Positions 1 to 12,771 of a stretch of 64,000 bases of DNA are shown one piece after another (within the stretch, counting starts at the first letter, position 1; the number at the start of each line of letters is the position of its first letter). The stretch lies in assembly GCF_006345805.1 (NCBI RefSeq), contig NC_043008.1, positions 11,904,001 to 11,968,000 on the forward strand, read 5' to 3'. Position numbers and translations under genes: made by a program. This DNA is from Octopus sinensis (taxonomy: Eukaryota). The notes under the pieces were generated by a model. That model saw only the letters and a list, made by a program, of their open reading frames with translations, was not told where the DNA came from and made no database searches.

Positions 1-978
1 GCTTCAAATTCATTATTAAATACGAATCACCTTTCATCAAAATCCACTTTGTAGAAGCATGACTATATCAGAATCTTAATAACTCAGTCTGTCGAGTTAT
101 TACATTCTAGAATTCCGCCTTCTCTTTTAAGTATTTTGATATAAGATGCAATCTTTGCATATGAAACGGCGCAATTGCTGAATTATGTTAGGCTATACCT
201 GCTTATCTTCATTTAAAATATTAAGACAAAGTCGATTCCAACATGGAGACCAACTTCATGGAACTATGACGGCACGATGAGTAAACGCTGCATCTCTAAA
301 TGGAAACCTTACCTGTATCTGTGGCTTTGTGGAACGAAGCAAAGCAGGCCTTTCCGTCCACTCCACAAACAATTTATGGTTTAGCACTCAAGCAAACTGA
401 GTCATCCACTTTTACCATTTGACAAAATTTGCAAGGCACAAGCAGGCCTCATAGCAGGTTCGTGTCCATAAAACATGATTGATGCATTATTTTATTGAAC
501 CCTCATTCGTCGACGTTTACGAAAAGAAAACCCATCATTGTCCGTATGTATGTGTGCATGTGTATATATCTTATAAATCTATCCGAAATGGCTGTATTTG
601 TTTAGGCAAATATTACAGAGTGTAATTGCAAATCATATCACTGTTATTGTTTCGTACATTGAACATCACCGTATCTCACCTGCAAGATATTTTTTTATTT
701 TTAAAAATTGTATCTAGTTACAGCGCACGAGCTGTGGCCATGCAGGGGCACCACCATAAAGCTGCAGATACATCATATAAAAAACTGTTACTCAGAGCTT
801 CGCGTTACTGTTCGTCTGACAAAGAAAACTATCTGACGGACGGGAATGTGAAACTCCGAGTAACAATAACTGTGATATCTTTGCAGCTTTATTAATAAAG
901 CATATTACTCTGCCTCCGGTATTCGAGTACTATTTTTTCCACCTTTATTCACTTTTATGCGTTTACTCTGGTATACAC

Positions 979-1068
<90 letters not shown>

Positions 1069-1984
1069 TTGTATCTGTGTGTGCGTATGTTTGTGTGTGT
1101 GAGTGTGTGTGCGTGTGTATGTATATATATATATATATAATATTATATATATAATAATATAATATATGAGATTACAAAGTAAAAATCTATTGTCTAATGA
1201 ACTTTATTTACTTGCAGTTGTTTCCGCTATAACATACGTTGGACCCGCAGTTGAATGCCTGAGGAATACATTTTAGCTTCATCGGAGCCTCAAAGACTAG
1301 GTGCAAGTTATTTGGGGAAAAAAAACAAGCATTTTTACATATACACAAGAAGAGGAGTAGCAATGAGAACACACATGTGAGGGGTGAAATTCAGGGACTC
1401 GTCCAACAATTTAAAAAATATTAATAAAAAAAATGTGATTACTGATGGTTATACGAATGCGTCGAGCTGAATCAGTAAAAAATGTGTAATCAAATGAGAT
1501 ATACGCACAAACATTCATATGATAAAGGGGAGACGAAGAGTGAAGGAGAGAAGAGGGAAAAAGAAATGCATTGAGAACGAGATATCAACACATTTCAGAG
1601 AATCATTATGGCTTTTCAAGATTAGATTTGGCCGGAGTGAGCAGGTTGGGGTAGAATAAGTAGGAACTATACTTTGTGTGTATGTGTGGTGGTGCTGATA
1701 AAACGATGGTGGGGGAGAAGGAAGGGTTGAAAAGAGTGTTGATAGATAATAGACAAACCAGAACAGAAAACATATGGCCACAAGACCAGAATATGTGTTT
1801 CTAAATGAGTCCAGAGATATTTACGGATATATATGAACGTATAAATATATACATGCACATACAACCGAATATACACACATATACGCATCCACATACATTC
1901 ACACACACAAACATATACACATAGATGCATACACACACATAAATGTATATACACTTATATATATATATATATGTATATATATAT

Positions 1985-2017
<33 letters not shown>

Positions 2018-2115
2018 ATGTAGGCACGCATGCCGATACATACATATCTACAGACAATTACATATATATATATAATTTATATATATATATGTATACATAT
2101 GTCCTATGCTAGATA

Positions 2116-2179
<64 letters not shown>

Positions 2180-2552
2180 TAATATATATAGATATATACA
2201 TACATGTACATATATCTACACATACTCATACGTGCATGCATGTACACATTCATACATACATATACTCACACAATACATGCACACACGTACACACAAGTAC
2301 ACACGCACGGTAAAATACACATACATCTACACTGTATTTTATGACTCATACATAGTCTTTGGACTAAATTTTTACGCGTTAGGCCACTGGAAACGAAAAT
2401 TTTAATCAATTTCCATTTCCCTTTGATATGATTAAATATTGTAAGTTTTTGGATAATTTTCGGTTTTTAAAAGTTGGCATTCTTTTATTGGTAGCGAAGG
2501 GCTGCGTCTGCGCAGTGGATTTTGAAAAAATTAGGATATTTAATCCTAGGTG

Positions 2553-2637
2553 TTCCTGCTGAAGACGATTTCACCAAGCGACTATATGTTATTTATTTAC
2601 TTGCTAAACTAATATCAGAAACCAATTGGTCCAGGAA
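2553..2637 (+). ncRNA. Minimal type-I hammerhead ribozyme motif with long stem II
   Basis: Stem I TTCCTG(2553-58)/CAGGAA(2632-37); core CTGAAGA 2559-65; ~52-nt stem II region; GAAA 2618-21; palindromic stem III ACCAATTGGT; GUC cleavage triplet at 2629-31. Confidence 0.7.
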
Positions 2638-2793
2638 TCTTGATGGTAAAATGTTTTTATTTTTTCATTTCGTTCCTGTCGAATTTTATCCCTAAGTTTT
2701 TGTGGTTATAGAACAATCTGTTCTTTCTAGCGTGTCGAATCCCACGAGTGGATTCCTCATGTGTTTAAATGTACACTGCTCGTATGACTAATA

Positions 2794-2895
<102 letters not shown>

Positions 2896-4381
2896 GTATG
2901 TATGTATGTATGTATGTATATATGCCTATTTGAATCTTTACGACATTATATAAACTGGAGTACATATTTTATTTCAAAGGAGAAAACTGGTAGAAAGTTG
3001 AATATCCGAAAATATAATAAAAGCAGACCAAGTGTGATATTTAAAATAACCCTTCGTGATAGGCGCTATGAACTTCAATGGATAGAAGTGAGGTAGATAA
3101 CAAATCAGTAGTAAATACCTGATATGAGACATGAGGACAGAAAAATAGAAAAATATATGTACAGAAATACTTAGAGCTAGTCGTATAACATCAAAATGGT
3201 AGAACACTCATGCTCGGGAATAAAATTCATGTGAAGATCAAAGAATTTTTTAGAAATGCTAGTTTGCTTGGGAATCATGATTACAGTAAAACAAATTTTG
3301 AAACTAATTCTATACAAGAATGTTTTCGTATATGACCAGGCAATATCTAGCGTAAAAGTGAAAGATCTACTCAATAGGCATGTTCTTTTTCCTTAAGATG
3401 GAAGCGATAATCTGGCTTATTTATTGATAGAAAATGTAATTTGAGCTTGAGAGTGTACTAATGAAAAAACTTTGATGTTTCTCCACGGTCATGAATAAAT
3501 TACATACGCCACAGTATCAATGTATTAACACAAGTGTCTGGCCACAAAAGTACATAAGGTCAGATAGAAGCACATATTTACTAGTGTGGCATATGAAGGC
3601 CTTGTTCAACGTCTGGAAAGATGCAGCTCAAAAATACCAATGCTTTTGTCACCAATATTTCAGCTAAACCAGTTCGCTTTCTCTCCCTCTAGATATACTT
3701 ATAAGTATATGTGTGTTTGTGAGTGTGTGTGTGTGTTTGTGTGTTTGTGTGCGTTTGTGTGTGTATATTGGGCCTTCCACCTTACTCTTACCGTCACGAA
3801 CCTTTCAGCACTCCCGCGTATATAACATACTCACGTACCTCTCTCTCTCTCTCTCACATATACATTATGGGGTGCATTACGAGGCGTATCACATAATTCT
3901 ATAACTAATACTATGTGAATATTGAATTGAAAAGTCCTTTGTGGTAGAAATTGAGAGAGAGAGACGCACACAGGAAGAAGGAGACGGGGAAAGAGAGAAA
4001 GAGAAGCACGCAGACAAACACGTCTAAATCATGAGGAGCTCCGAGGTGACACGTATTCGTTCTCTTTACGTTGCTTCAGTGTGACTGAGTTCAAGTTTTA
4101 TCAATGAATTTGTGTTCCACTTGTTTGTAGCGACCTTACGAATATCGAATCTTAATTTTAGTAGTTTTTTTTTCTGCAGAGAGAGCGACTGGTGAACTGT
4201 TATACGGCGAAATTGAAGGGGAAATTATATATATATTAATTTCCATAACTATCTATTTATATACCAACGTGTCTATCTATCTGTTTATCAATTTCTTTAT
4301 CTATCTGTAATTCTCTGTTTCTCACTCATAGGGTCTCATTAATACATACATACATGCATACATACATGTATGCATACATAA

Positions 4382-4443
<62 letters not shown>

Positions 4444-4516
4444 GTGTATAGATGGTGTTCCTGCATAGCCACAGCCTTTGCGCTAAAACTCATAAAGTAA
4501 TAAATATATATATATG

Positions 4517-4573
<57 letters not shown>

Positions 4574-5233
4574 TATATATTATATATATATATATGTGTG
4601 TGTGTATGTGTGTGTATAGTGTGTGCATTTGTGTGTATTTATATATATTAATAAGCGCGCATGTGTTTGTTTATGTGTGTGCATATTTATGTAGGCGTCC
4701 ATGCAGTTTATTGTAAATGTAGGAATGGTGATTCGTATTCTTCAATAACCGAAGCGTAATCCACTGCTTTTATTTGATTCCCTTAAATTGCTTTAAATCA
4801 TAGGAATTTAATCGTACTTTTTCACGTATTAATTCATCAGAATCCTTAAATTCCTTTGAAGAAATTTGATTTTAAGCTTTGTGCAGGAAGAAATAACATA
4901 CGAAATAGAAACAAAAGCATTTTGCTGCAAGATATAGGACTCACTGCTTCTAGTTATGCAGTTGAATGAACTTCTAAAAACAGCAATTCAGTTTTATTAA
5001 ATCCCAAACTGTTTCCTAAAAGTTAAGAAACGCATTGAATACTTTCCTACAGACAAAATTCGATGGTTGTGTCTGGAACACATGTGTTAATATTTCTTCT
5101 TATTCAATATTGTGTTCTAGGAAAGTCACCATACACAATGTCTAACGATTAGCCAACAAATATTGCTGCTTTGTGGAATTTTGAGAAGATTGCGGTAGGA
5201 AAACGCAGTCATTTGAAATTACAAACGGTCATC

Positions 5234-5463
5234 TTATTTCTTTATTGCCCACAAGGGGTTAAACATAGAGAGGACAAACAAGAACAAAGGGATTAAATCG
5301 ATTTCATCGACCCCAGTGCGCGAGTAGTACTTAATTTATCGACCCCGAAAACATGAAAGACAAAGTCGACCTCAGCGGAATTTGAACTTACAACGTAAAG
5401 ACAGATGAAATACCGCTAAGCATTTCGCCTGGCGTGCTAACATTTCTGCCAGCTCACGGCCAT
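5234..5463 (-). mobile_element. tRNA-derived SINE, family B
   Basis: Reverse complement of the aaggcggcgagctggcag...gagttcaaattccgccgaggtcgac...gggcaataaagaaata consensus seen at 7710, 10591 and 61473. Confidence 0.9.
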
Positions 5464-5481
5464 CTTAACAAACGAAGGACA

Positions 5482-6315
5482 TAAGAGGTATGATGAATAA
5501 GTCTCTGGACTATTGCCACAGTAACAAAGCCGCATGTTACTGAGTAAAGAGTAAAGCCGCATGGCACAGATTGACTTTGAATTCTACTGTGCATGCGCAC
5601 TAAGTTTTACCGTTCTAACTCACTTCTGTATTTACTGCAGTGCTTGGAAAGATGTGTGATCTGTGATCGTCGTTCTGACCATGAGAGAATTTGCAGCAAA
5701 TTTTGCGAAAAGCTTGGCGATACCTCTTCAGTGGCCTACGCAAATGTTTCAAAATGTTTTCATTGTTCTCGACACAGTCATGGAGATTTTTATGTCCTTT
5801 TGGTTAACTGAAAGCAGTTTTGGCACAAACTTAGCAGACACAGGTCTCATACCCAAATCTTCAGTGATAATGGATTGAAGTGGACCGTAACTAATCTGCA
5901 CATCATCAGATAACTCACGGATGGTAATTTAGCGACTTCCCGCCATAGCTGCACGCGCACCGGCAATAAGTTTTTCAGTTCTGCTGATCGCGATTCTCCC
6001 GGAACGTTTGTCACTATCGACATTTTTCGGCCATCTTGTTAAATTGTGTGCGGCTCATACACTCCTCTCCATACGCTTTCTGCAACTATGCACATACCTC
6101 TGAGCAGGTATCGCCATGACAACTTGGTCAATGTGACGATCACACGCTACACACCTTCCTTCTAAGCACTGTTGTAAACAGCAGAAGTGAGCTAGAACGT
6201 TAACACTTAATACGCATTTACAGGAGAGTTCAATCTTTGCTCAGCAGCTTTACTCTGCTTGCTTTACCTTCATTTCTATGACAAGAGTCCGGATACTTAT
6301 TGATCAGACCTAGTT
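5482..6315 (-). mobile_element. Internally deleted, degenerate mariner transposon
   Basis: Imperfect TIRs AGGTATGATGAATAAGTCTCTGGACT vs rc AGGTCTGATCAATAAGTATCCGGACT (22/26). The minus-strand frame reads DKRSGRIAISRTEK...ITIRELSDDVQISYGPLQSIITEDLGMRPVSAKFVPKLL (mariner HTH plus WVPHEL-like linker) with stops. Confidence 0.85.
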
Positions 6316-7069
6316 TCTTATATCTGATAATATGGAGTATTTTTTATGCTTGAAATGCCTTGAACACACTTCTCCGTCGAAACTGAACAAGAAATTAGCA
6401 ACAAAATTGGCTACACTAAATTATGTCCTTGAATTTCTTACGCACCTCAATGACAACCATAGCAACTTCCGCACAACCACATCTGCTCAGACTAGTTTTA
6501 TTGCATTATAATTATTTCATCTCTAAATCTTCAAAGGTTTGATGCAACCAATGTTGTTACAGTTAATGGTTGACAAACGTTTCTGTGTCTCACATGAAAA
6601 GCGTCAGCCATATTTTCTCTTTCTTTTGTTCAAAGGTCTCTTATATCTTGCAATACAATATCTTTCTCGCAATGCATCCTTGCTTGGTATTTCTCCACAA
6701 CACATTGAAGCAAATCTTTTATAGCTAATACCACTAATGGAACATAATATCGCTTTTTCCATACATGGAATAACTATGATCTATATAAATGTAGAAGTTT
6801 ATATAATATTTCCTTTTCCCTATCTCTCCGCTATGTTTCATTCAAATCATAACATTGTATCTTCATTGATATATAGGACATCATTATATGCGAATGCCAT
6901 GTGACGTGTATACAATTACATCAATTAATGAATGTCTTTGTCCCTATACGAATGCAAGAGAAATTATTTAATATTCAAATATTAAAGTTTGTGTGAAGTG
7001 ATTCTCAAACCACTGTACGGAAATGAGCTCAGATTATAGTAACCATGCAGGACTTCATCTCATGTTTGT

Positions 7070-7376
7070 TTTTCATCTTTGTTCCTTCTCGAGCCACGCC
7101 TAGCTCATAGAACCGGTTTCCCGGTTTCCTTGGCGTATAGGTTCCCCACCTGGACGGGACGCCGGTCCGTCGCAGATGAGCTGCAAGATGCAGGAGGAAA
7201 GAGTGAGAGAAAGTTGTGGCGAAAAAGTCAGCAGAAGTTTGCCATTCCCTTCTGTCGGCGCGCTGTGGAACTTAGGTTTTTCGCTCATAAACACACACAT
7301 CGTCCGGTCTGAAATTCGAGCCCACGGTCCCTAGACCGCAAGTCCGCTGCTCTAACCACTAGGCCATGTGCCTCCA
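7070..7376 (-). mobile_element. tRNA-derived SINE, family C
   Basis: The rc head tggaggcacatggcctagtggttagagcagcggact carries the A box; the body contains the gatggac...cccgtccag motif shared with 49097 and 13040. Confidence 0.85.
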
Positions 7377-7709
7377 CTCATCTGATGTACAATATCAATA
7401 TACCTGAGAATCCTTGAATGCATTTTATTGCAATCCCTAAAGGATGAGAGGCAATTTTGGCCTCATCAGCCGCATATAATGAATAGGCAATGAAAATACG
7501 GGATATAATCTACCCTCCATAAAATGGGAAAATGAGGGGGAAATATTGACACTTCTTACGGACCAAGAATCATTACAAAGAGAGTCTAACGTAGATGTCA
7601 TCGATATCTAGGCCGAAACATTAATACAGAAAAGTGAAAAACTAATACTAAATCTATAACTGGTAAAGTCCTAAAAGCTATATATGTGCCTATATATATA
7701 TATATATAT

Positions 7710-7945
7710 AAGGCGGCGAGCTGGCAGAATCGTCAGCACGCCGGGCGAAATGTTTAGCCGTATTTCGGCTGCCGTTACGTTCTGTGTTCAAATTCCGCCG
7801 AGGTCGACTTTGCCTTTCATCCTTTCAGGGTCGATAAATAAAGTACCAGTTTCGCACTGGGGTCGATGTAATCGACTTAATCCCTTTGTCTGTCCTTGTT
7901 TGTCCCTTCTATGTTTAGCCCCTTGTGGGCAATAAAAGAAAATAA
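7710..7945 (+). mobile_element. tRNA-derived SINE, family B (full length)
   Basis: aaggcggcgagctggcagaa head, gttcaaattcc B-box, body and A-rich tail. Confidence 0.92.
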
Positions 7946-8977
7946 GATAGACGTAGATAATAATACAATTAAACGATCTTGTACTGATTATTGAATGCAG
8001 ACAATTTAATAATTTATTCTTTTGTTTGACTAACACAAACACAAAGCAGCGACTGAGTACTATAACTATATATTAGAAGCCTCAAGACCAGCATTTTAAA
8101 TGACTCAAATAGGGAAGTATTACTAGTTATAATAAATGTAATTGTATATATTTTTGTTAGCAATACTACTGGAATTGAAGCCTAAAATTGCTGTAAAAAG
8201 AAATGGTAATTATAAATCTGAGGTTTATGATATCATTGTTTATTCCATGGAATTTATGGAGTATTAGTACCAACAATGGAGACCTAAGTAAATTGCATTG
8301 TGAACAAATTCTCCTAAACTAAAGACGATAGATACGAGTAAATCTAGGAAAGAAAAAAAGAAAAGAAATTAAATTGATATACACTCTTTATGTGAGGAAG
8401 TGAATCCAAAGATACCTAAGAATGTCACCTATATAACAAGTAAAACCTTACCAACTAGGCATAAATACAATGGTATTGTATTTATGTTTAGATGTAAGCC
8501 TTTTGTTTGTCTTCCATTATATTTGTTCTCTAATAATCTCCTCTTAGCAACTGAACACCGATAAGCATTTGGTGGTTACGTCTGTACGTGTTCAACATCA
8601 CTTATAATAAATACCTGACTATTGACGATGAGCCATTCACAATCTGTTTACACTGCAGGTTTTCTAAAAACCGAGCTGAGCTTTAGCATCTAATGGTTAT
8701 TTTCCTACAGCCGCTCTGCGTGAACCTTGTCGAAAAAACTTTTTATCGTTTTCCGTTCTCTTAATAATTTACGCAACATTTAATTTAGTCGTTCCAATCT
8801 AGTTTGGTACTTCTGTCGTTTCCTGCGTTCATATTCTCTTGTATATGTATTCTCTAAAACGCGTATGTTTTTATTATATATTTTGTTCAAAATACTTTAG
8901 AGGTATCCACGTCTGTCTATATCGCCATTCTATTTCGCTTGTTCTCCACTTTCTATCCACTCGAATTCCATCCGATT

Positions 8978-9077
8978 NNNNNNNNNNNNNNNNNNNNNNN
9001 NNNNNNNNNNNNNNNNNNNNNNNNNNNNNNNNNNNNNNNNNNNNNNNNNNNNNNNNNNNNNNNNNNNNNNNNNNNNN
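8978..9077. other. Assembly gap (100 N)
   Basis: Run of exactly 100 N, typical of a scaffolding join of unknown size. Confidence 0.99.
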
Positions 9078-9588
9078 AGAGAGACAAAAGACAGAAAGAT
9101 TGAGAGAGAGTGAGGCGAGAGAGCGACATGCGTCAATAAGTAGACACGACAGCAAGGCAAGCATCTATGTAGGTGGATATGACGGTGAGTGAGTTGAAAG
9201 GTAAGTAGACAGGTTATTAGGCAGGCAGGTAAGAAGCTGGATGTGAAGTTAGGCAGGTGGTTAGAACATGTGACAAGTATGTGTTCAGAAATGTATGAAC
9301 TATTTAATCAGGATTAAAAGTACATTTCGAAGGATGACGACACCGATGCAAGATAAACAAAAGATATTGTTTTGGTCTGAGATTCTAACGAATCTTCCCC
9401 CATTTTCTCTTAACAGCCAGTCTATAATGGAACGGAAGAAATGGCTAAAGGCACGCAGCTGTATGTATGTATGTATGGATTGTATGTATGTATGTATGTA
9501 TGTATGTATGTATGCATGTATGTATGTATGTATGTATGTATGTATGCCATGTATGTATGTATGTAAGTATAAATATATAAATATATAG

Positions 9589-9648
<60 letters not shown>

Positions 9649-9963
9649 GGGTGTGTGTGGTGTGTATATATATTATATAGATATTAATTATTATATATAT
9701 ATATATATATTAGAAATATTATTCTTTCTAAGTCTCTCTAAAGGAGATTACGGCAGCAGTACTGGATATTAATAGTTATCGGCCAAGCTTAATATGGCAG
9801 TCTAAATATAGGACGAAAGCTACCGTTGATTAGCTCCAAGAGGCCATCGCCTCTAGCTAGCTGTGTGACACACGAATCTCTATCCATTATAACCTTCGAA
9901 CTGGGGGTATATTCATATATATATGATTATATATGGATATATATCATATATTAATATATATTA

Positions 9964-10019
<56 letters not shown>

Positions 10020-10590
10020 TATATGAATTAGAGGTTAAGAAACCATCTAAGGGATAATAAATATCCAATACACTACTGGATGTGTACCTACTTATTTATA
10101 TACAAATGCTTACTATTGCATGGCAGTATTGCACTTGAATAATAGGCATGAGCGAGGGTAAACCAGGAATGTATCCAGAATTTACGAGTCAAATAAGAAA
10201 ATGGAGAGGATAATCAATCGACAAACATCGGCCTGTAAACATTCATTGGGATCTATTTATTAATTAATTACAGTCATATGTATAAGTAATCAAAATAAAC
10301 AAATGAAATATACAAATAAACAAATAAATAGATAAATATAAAGCAATTAATTAAGAAGAATAAATGAGCGAAAAAATACTAAACTCTTACAGCTGTTTCT
10401 ACTATGGGGTTGTCCAAAATGCTTTGTTTTCCGAATCATACTAGTAATATACGTGGATTGTACAAAGGTTGACGTACGTAATGAAGAGGGTCAGAGCTTC
10501 TGTGGATTTGACTAGTATTGCTCTCTCTCTTTACTGCACAACAATATCCGCAGATTTTATGTTTGGATTAATGGTATCATCCCCCGCCAT

Positions 10591-10808
10591 AAGGCGGCGA
10601 GCTGGCAGAAACGTTAGCACGCCGGGCGAAATCCGTAGCCGTATTTCGTCTGCCGTTACGTTCTGAGTTCAAATTCCGCCGAGGTCGACTTTCGGGATCG
10701 ATAAATCAAGTACCAGTTAAGCACTGGAGTCGATGTAATCGACTTAATCCGTTTGTCTCTCCTTGTTTGTCCTCTCTGTGTTTAGCCCCTGTGGGTAGTA
10801 AAGAAGTA
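10591..10808 (+). mobile_element. SINE family B with 18-bp target-site duplication
   Basis: GGTATCATCCCCCGCCAT occurs at 10573-10590 and 10809-10826, flanking the SINE. Confidence 0.93.
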
Positions 10809-11992
10809 GGTATCATCCCCCGCCATGATCACAACAATTTCTGATGCAATCGGTGGATTATAGGTTCTCTCATGTAACCCAGCAGGAATCAGCTGTTTGT
10901 CATGACTTATAATAATATCACCGGTAGAACATTTTTCTGGCGCAGAATATTCCTTAATTAAATCAACAGCCTGTTGAAAACCTTTGACATACGGACTGTG
11001 CATATGCAGTGCTCTCTGCAAGACTAGCAGGATGTTCTCATTAAGGCCATTGTAATCTCCTCTAAGTGATAACCTGTTTCTCATCTCATTTTCAGTGTCA
11101 ACGAAATATAGCTGTGCGCAGACTGGCTTCCTATTTACTGCTGGCAGGAGACTTCCTATGCCATGCTACAACTTAACTCGAATCTTGAAAGAAGGCATAA
11201 AAGTGCTACCACTCCTTGGTCCAACTGGTAGATAATCCAGTCCAAGTAAAGCCATAGCCACTAAATTATTGTTATCACAAATTTTATTCAGAAACATTTG
11301 GCTGCGTAGATTAACATCATAGTACTTAGCTATTAATTCTGGGGGGCTTTTTTATCTGTGGAACTTTATCATCGTTAATTTTCCGATTGCCACAGTCGAG
11401 GGTAGTTTTCTCAGCACCCTAAAGGTAAGCTTTGCAGCCAGGGCATGTTCTGTTGAAAACGTTTCCACAGTAGTGCAACATAAGGCTTGGGTTTTGTTCT
11501 TTCTCATGAAAATCTGCCACATCAACTTTCATAGCCATTCTCTCAGGGTCAGTTCTTTGCTGACGAAGTCTCGATTGGTGTCCTGTCTGGTTGTTTGCTT
11601 GTCGCTACTGAATTTGTGGCAGCGACGTCCGTGCTTCTGTTTCTGGGGGTGTTTCCATTGGACAGCTTTTCTGTGTTCTCAGCCGATTCACATTCTTCCG
11701 AGCATCTCTTTTTCCAGGTCTTTCCATTGCACGGGTATCCTGTGTTGTCATCCGATTCTCGTCCCTCCGTGCTTCTGAATCTTCTGGTCTTTCCATTGCA
11801 CGAATTTCTTGTCTCCTCAACCGATCTGCATTTCTCTGCAACTCTGCTTCTCCTTATGTTTCCATTGCACGGGTTCCTTGTATTCCCCTTCGCTTTATTT
11901 CATGACACTGAGAAGAGCAAGGCTCTTGTCTGCTTTCTTCAATTAGCGTCTGTTGTCTTATCTCAGCAATCTTATGTGAACATGAATTTTTA

Positions 11993-12213
11993 TCGGTACA
12001 GCTTGTTGTCCTTTCTTTTTCTGGGCATAGTGTACTGTTGCCCTTCTTTTTCGGTACAGCTTATTGCCCTTTCTTTTTCTGGGCATAGTGTACTGTTGCC
12101 CTTCTTTTTCGGTACAGCTTATTGCTCTTTCTTTTTCTGGGCATAGTGTACTGTTGCCCTTCTTTTTCGGTACAGCTTGTTGGTCTCTCTTTTTCTGGGC
12201 ATAGTGTACTGTT
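11993..12213. repeat. 58-bp tandem repeat, ~3.8 copies
   Basis: Unit tcggtacagcttattgccctttctttttctgggcatagtgtactgttgcccttctttt starts at 11993, 12051, 12109 and 12167. Confidence 0.95.
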
Positions 12214-12350
12214 GAAAGCGTGAATATTCATGACAATAATACATTGAAAGTTTTGAGACGATTCAGCTAGTATTTGAGCTAATTTCTCTGAACGGGAAGT
12301 TTACACGGTATTAATTGTAAATATTTACCTTGCGTATTTATCTACAATTA

Positions 12351-12771
12351 CACGACTCTCGCTAAACCCTATTTTAAAGTGTGATTTTTATGTTGTTGAA
12401 TTGTTCTGAACGATTTAACTATAAAAATGTCGGAAATTTAGTATTTTTTAAGGTAATAATAAAATTAGTCGAACATATTTTCTTGCGGTCGAATGCGTAA
12501 AGTTTCCGAAATGTTCATACTTTTTACATCTGCTATTTCAGAATTCTACGCATGCGTGAAATTTCAGACGACTGTACATACAATAATATATTCATACACG
12601 CAAAGATGTATACAGACATAATAATAGCTACGATGGCCGACGGCGTGAAAATAGGTCCGATAAATTTTATTAATGTCTTACAAAATACTAATATTTTTAT
12701 GGTCAAATTCGTTTAGAGCAATTCAATAACAAAAAAGTCGCACTTTAAGATAGCGTTTAGCGAATATGGTG
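12351..12771. mobile_element. Foldback-type MITE with long imperfect TIRs and TA flanks
   Basis: Left cacgactctcgctaaaccctattttaaagtgtgattttt matches rc of right caccatattcgctaaacgctatcttaaagtgcgactttt. The similarity continues ~140 bp inward. TA at 12349-50 and 12772-73. Confidence 0.75.

Larger units (their letters stand above)
10470..12213 (-). pseudogene. Decayed Helitron Rep/helicase N-terminal region
   Basis: Minus-strand translation gives FKIRVKL*HGIGSLLP...PVCAQLYFVDTENEMRNR...HERTYNPPIASEIVVIMAGDD, then after the SINE DIVVQ...IHRSSDPLHYV. These are conserved Helitron Rep N-terminal motifs, here with stops and frameshifts. Four upstream 69-nt (23-aa) repeats precede them. Confidence 0.85.

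Noticed and set aside
313-420. Minus-strand GTAAG donor at ~312 suggesting an exon
   Set aside because: No convincing acceptor and no recognisable peptide.
1218-1277. Acceptor ttacttgcag followed by VSAITYVGPAVECLRNTF*
   Set aside because: Short, no homology recognised, and indistinguishable from chance without RNA data.
6330-6790. Possible hAT transposase remnant on the minus strand
   Set aside because: Only vague resemblance across frameshifts and stops, with no TIRs found.
9800-9870. GGAC-GAAA-GCT...AGC-TC motif resembling half a hammerhead
   Set aside because: No CUGANGA core in a position compatible with any hammerhead topology.
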